Below are positions 60,322 to 64,000 of a stretch of DNA of 64,000 nucleotides, piece by piece. The translations under genes were made by a program, and so were the position numbers. The DNA is taken from assembly GCF_964213995.1 (NCBI RefSeq), contig NW_027590284.1, positions 372,001 to 436,000 of the forward strand, read 5' to 3'. Origin of the DNA: Mustelus asterias. Its lineage: Eukaryota. Numbering within the stretch: position 1 is the stretch's first letter; the number at the start of each line of letters is the position of its first letter. Under the pieces are notes generated by a model. It was not told the origin of the DNA. It saw only the letters and a program-made list of their open reading frames with translations, and did not search any database.

Positions 60322-61124
60322 GGTGGTTAGCACTGCTGCCTCACAGCTCCAGGGACCCAGGTTCGATCCCAGCCTTGGGTCACTGTCTGTGCGGAGTTTG
60401 CACGTTATCCCTGTGACTGTGGGTTTCCTCTGGGTGCTCCGGTTTCCTCCCACCGCCCAAAGATGTGACGTTTAGGGGAATTGGCCATGCTATATTGCCC
60501 CTTCGTGTCCAAAGATGTGCGGGTAAGGGGGATTAGTGGGGTACAGATCAGGGGTAAAATATTCAGAGTCAGTGTAGACTTGATGGGCTAAATGGTTTCC
60601 TTCTGCACTGTAGGAATTCTTTGAGAAGTCATCCTTGTGCACTGAAGGTCTAGTCACTAATGGTGGAGTGATTAAAATAGGGAATGTGCAGGAAACCAGA
60701 ATCAGCACAGTGTTAGAGGTGATTCCAGAGATAGGAACAGGCCTTGGAGTGATTTGTACAAATTAGTTGTAAGGATGCATGAAAAATACGCATTTCATTT
60801 GGATCTCATAGAATTCTACAGTGCAGAGGGAGGCCATTTGGCCCATTGAGTCTGCACTGACCACAATCCCACCCAGGCCCTATCCCCATTACCACATGCA
60901 TTTATCCTAGCTAGCCCCCCTGACACTCAGGGGTAATTTAGCATAGCCAATCTATCTAACCCGCACATGTTTGGACTGTGGGAGGAAACCAGAGCACCTG
61001 CAGGAAACCCATGCAGACACGGGAGAACATGCAAACTCCACACAGACAGTGACCCAAGCTGGGAATCAAATCGGGTCACTGGGGCTGTGAGGCACAGGGC
61101 TAACCACTGCGCCACCATGCCGCC
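60322..61124. mobile_element. Two V-SINEs (HE1-like) in inverted orientation (+ 60322-60620; - 60808-61124)
   Basis: gtggttagcactgctgcctcacagc..ggttcgatccc on +; reverse-complement copy ends ctaaccactgcgccaccatgccgcc. Confidence 0.85.
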
Positions 61125-61573
61125 CTCTGCTCAGGGAAGAGGGAGAGTGTATGGGACAGATTTACTGTTTTGGGGAACAAGAGCAGAAAAGTTGTTCCTT
61201 AGAAATTAGACTTGTCTGATCAGAATTTCTATCCTGGACTGACAGTAGTTTTGTAAACTTCTTCTTTTGCAGGATATTTGATGGGGAAGATTTACAGTCA
61301 GAAAAATTGAATCAAGATTTAACAGTCGCTCAATTCACCAGCACCTGAACACGATCAGACTTTGAATGTGGAGTGCGGGAAAAGATTTCAAACATCAGTG
61401 TGACTGGAAAAGCACTGAGACAGACATACACCCGAGTGAGAGTTTTCCAGTGAACTGACTGTGGAAAGAGCTTTAACCAGTTACACAGCCTGAGAAAACA
61501 TCACACCATTCACAGCAATGTGAATCTGTGCATGTGTTCTGTGTGTGGACGAGGCTTCAACTAATCACTCAAT

Positions 61574-62107
61574 ATGGAGAGACATGATGATACTGACACC
61601 ATAGAAAAACCGTGGATATGTGGGGACTGTGGGAAAGCATTCACTTGCCCATCCAAACTGGAAACTCATCGACGCACCCACACAGGGGAGAGACCCTTCA
61701 CGTGTCCCGTGTGTTGGAAGGAATTTACTCAATCATCCTGCCTAACATTACACCAGCGAGTTCACACAGGAGAGAGACCATACACTTGCTCTGTGTGTGG
61801 GAAGGGATTCGTCCAGATGTATAACCTACAATTACACAGGAGAGTTCACACTGGAGAGAGGCCGTTCACCTGCTCCGTGTGTGGGAAGCGATTCATTAAT
61901 TCATCCAACCTTGTGACACACCAGCGAGTTCACACTGAGGAGAGGCCATTCAGCTGCACTGACTGTGGAAAGAGCTTCAGACATTCATCCAGCCTCAAAG
62001 CACATCAGCGACTTCACACTGGGGAGAGACCATTCACCTGCTCAGAGTGTGGGAAGGGATTCACTACCTCCTCCCACCTGGTGACACACCAGCGACTTCA
62101 CGAGTGA
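61574..62107 (+). CDS. C2H2 zinc-finger protein, 177 aa, 6 intact fingers
   Basis: Family acceptor cttttgcag at 61272; TGERPF linkers; ends HE*. Confidence 0.9.
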   Translation: MERHDDTDTIEKPWICGDCGKAFTCPSKLETHRRTHTGERPFTCPVCWKEFTQSSCLTLHQRVHTGERPYTCSVCGKGFVQMYNLQLHRRVHTGERPFTCSVCGKRFINSSNLVTHQRVHTEERPFSCTDCGKSFRHSSSLKAHQRLHTGERPFTCSECGKGFTTSSHLVTHQRLHE

Positions 62108-62334
62108 GTGCAGGGAGTGGATTCTGCTGTACCTGCTGCTGTTAATCACATCCAGGAGTGAGCCACATTCATTCTGACATTTGAGGTTTGTTTCTGCTGA
62201 TAATAATCCCTGTCGCTGGGCTGGAGTTTAATATTCTCGATCGAGAGCTGATTGTGTTTTTGGGGTTGCCATTTCCCTTTAAGAACCACTGTCTGTGATC
62301 TTTCCCCATCATTCAGGAACTCTCGTCACCGATT

Positions 62335-62710
62335 CTTCACAGTACAGAAAGAGGCCATTCAGCCCACCAAGTCTGCACTGGCTCACTGAAAGAGCCTTAT
62401 CCCATTCCCCTGCCATACTTCTGTAACCTTGCACACTCTTTCTTTTCAGATAACAATCCAATTCTCTTTTGAGTACCTTGATCAAACCTGCCTCCACTGC
62501 TCTCACAGGACGTTTATTCCAGACTCCAACCACTCACTAGGTGAAAATAATTTTCCTTGCATCACTTTGACTCTGTTTTCCCCATTAACATAGGTCTGTG
62601 CCCTCTAGTTCTTGATGTTCTCTTGGTGGGAACATTTTCTCACTATTTCACCTGCCCAATTCCTCAGGATCTTGAATACCTGTATTAATCTCCTCTCGAC
62701 CATCTTCAAT
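62335..62710 (-). mobile_element. Degenerate CR1 3' fragment
   Basis: VGVWNKRPVRAVEAG..LDCYLK in ORF 62309-62533; tail gaggccattcagccc. Confidence 0.7.
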
Positions 62711-63517
62711 CAGACAATTAACATTTATTTCTTCTGATGTTAATCTCTAACTGACCTGGAATTTAATATTCTGAAATCTGTTAAATAAATCAGCTTTGTT
62801 CCAAACACACGGTGTGTTAAATCCTTGATTTCTCCAGGATAAGAGATTAATTGATGTCTTGTTACTGACTTCTGTTTTTTGGTTCTTTTCTCCTTTTAAC
62901 TCCAGATTATTTCAGTCTCAGGCCTTCAGTTACACTCATTTTTTTAAAATTTGACTTATTATTGTCACAAGTATTAGCATAAAATGAAAAGTATTGTTTC
63001 TTATCATGGACAAGTCCCAGCTCCCTATACTTTCTAGAATGTCTCTCCCAGCCTTGAGATCTAGGGAAGTTTTCAGTATTTAAAAACAGAAAATACTGGA
63101 AATTATAATCCATACTTTTCCAAGTGTCAGTTGATTGTGTCCCAGATTATTGGCTTTTCCCCACTGCTGATGTTAAGCTGATTGTTCTGTAATTGCTGTG
63201 TTTTTGAACAGGGATGTAACATTTACATTCTCTGTCCTTTGTCACTACGACTCTATAAGGATTGGAAGGTTGTGGCCAGAGCCTCCACAAGCTCCATGTG
63301 AAGGACAGTGTGTGACAGAGTGCAGCAGTCCCTCAATGTCAGACTGCAGTGTCAGCCTAGATAATGTGCTCAGCTTGATGAGTATTTCCTGTTGTTACTG
63401 ATGTGGATCATTCAGAAACAATGGACTCTGATGATGTCATCCAGTCCTGCTGCGATGATGTCATAGAGACTATTACATCACAGCAGAGCCTTAGTAGTGA
63501 AAACAGTTTTGTTCCAG

Positions 63518-63982
63518 ATGAGAGGTGATGGCCCAATGCTATTATCCCTGGACTTAATCCATAAACTCAGCTTATGTTCTGGGGACCGGGTTCAAATCCC
63601 ACCACAGCAAGTGGTGTAATTTGAACAAAGAACAAGAAAAAAGAAAATTATAGCACAGGAACAGGCTCTTTGGCCCTCCAAGCCTGCACTGATTATGCTG
63701 CCCGTCTGAACTAAAAAGGCCTCCGGGGACCATATCCCTCTATTCCCATTTTATTCATGCATTTGTCCAGGTGTCCCTTAAAAGTCACTATCATATCTGC
63801 TTCCACTACCTCCCCCAGCAGCGAGTTCCAGGCACCTGCCACTCTTGGTAAAAAAAAAACTTGCCTCGTACATTTAATTCAATAAAAATAATTGAATTCA
63901 ATTTTTAAAAAATCAGGATTAAGAATCTACTGCTGACCATGAAACCATTGTCAATTGTCAGAAAAAAACCATTTGGTTCAGT
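63518..63982. mobile_element. SacSINE-like SINE (+) interrupted by a CR1 3' tail (-, ~63625-63870)
   Basis: gggttcaaatcccaccacagc..tgtaatttgaa | aacaaagaacaag..gcacaggaacaggc | aattcaataaaaa..gaccatgaaaccattgtc. Confidence 0.65.
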
Positions 63983-64000
63983 AAAGCAAAAAGTAAAGTT

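Overview
Eukaryotic, cartilaginous-fish (shark-type) genomic DNA with one 149-N assembly gap (20781-20929). The left half holds one complete, unrearranged IgM heavy-chain cluster on the + strand: leader, VH, D1, D2, JH, Cmu1-4, secretory tail, TM1 and TM2 (12524-32115). RSS spacers and splice phases are intact. About 10 kb upstream is a decayed partial duplicate of the cluster 5' end carrying a truncated pseudo-VH. The right half is a cluster of short C2H2 zinc-finger genes with no recognisable effector domain (four with finger arrays, plus two remnants). It also contains a very young full-length Gypsy LTR retrotransposon (55340-60014; GTCCC TSD; LTRs differ at 2/295 nt) between a divergent ZNF pair. 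The rest is CR1, L2/Crack-like and Rex/Babar LINE fragments, tRNA-derived SINEs, Penelope-type palindromes and low-complexity tracts. Most notable observations: (1) the Gypsy primer-binding site is not tRNA-like but a perfect 15-nt complement of its own LTR poly(A)-signal region, suggesting self-priming and/or poly(A) occlusion, and its RT motif is YLDN; (2) a G-rich, AID-hotspot-rich 20-bp tandem array about 1 kb upstream of Cmu1 resembles a switch region; (3) a core promoter is bracketed by 103-bp near-perfect inverted repeats; (4) one zinc-finger array is homogenised in a PRDM9-like way; (5) there are hammerhead-ribozyme relics. Family assignments are from recognition only; no searches were run.
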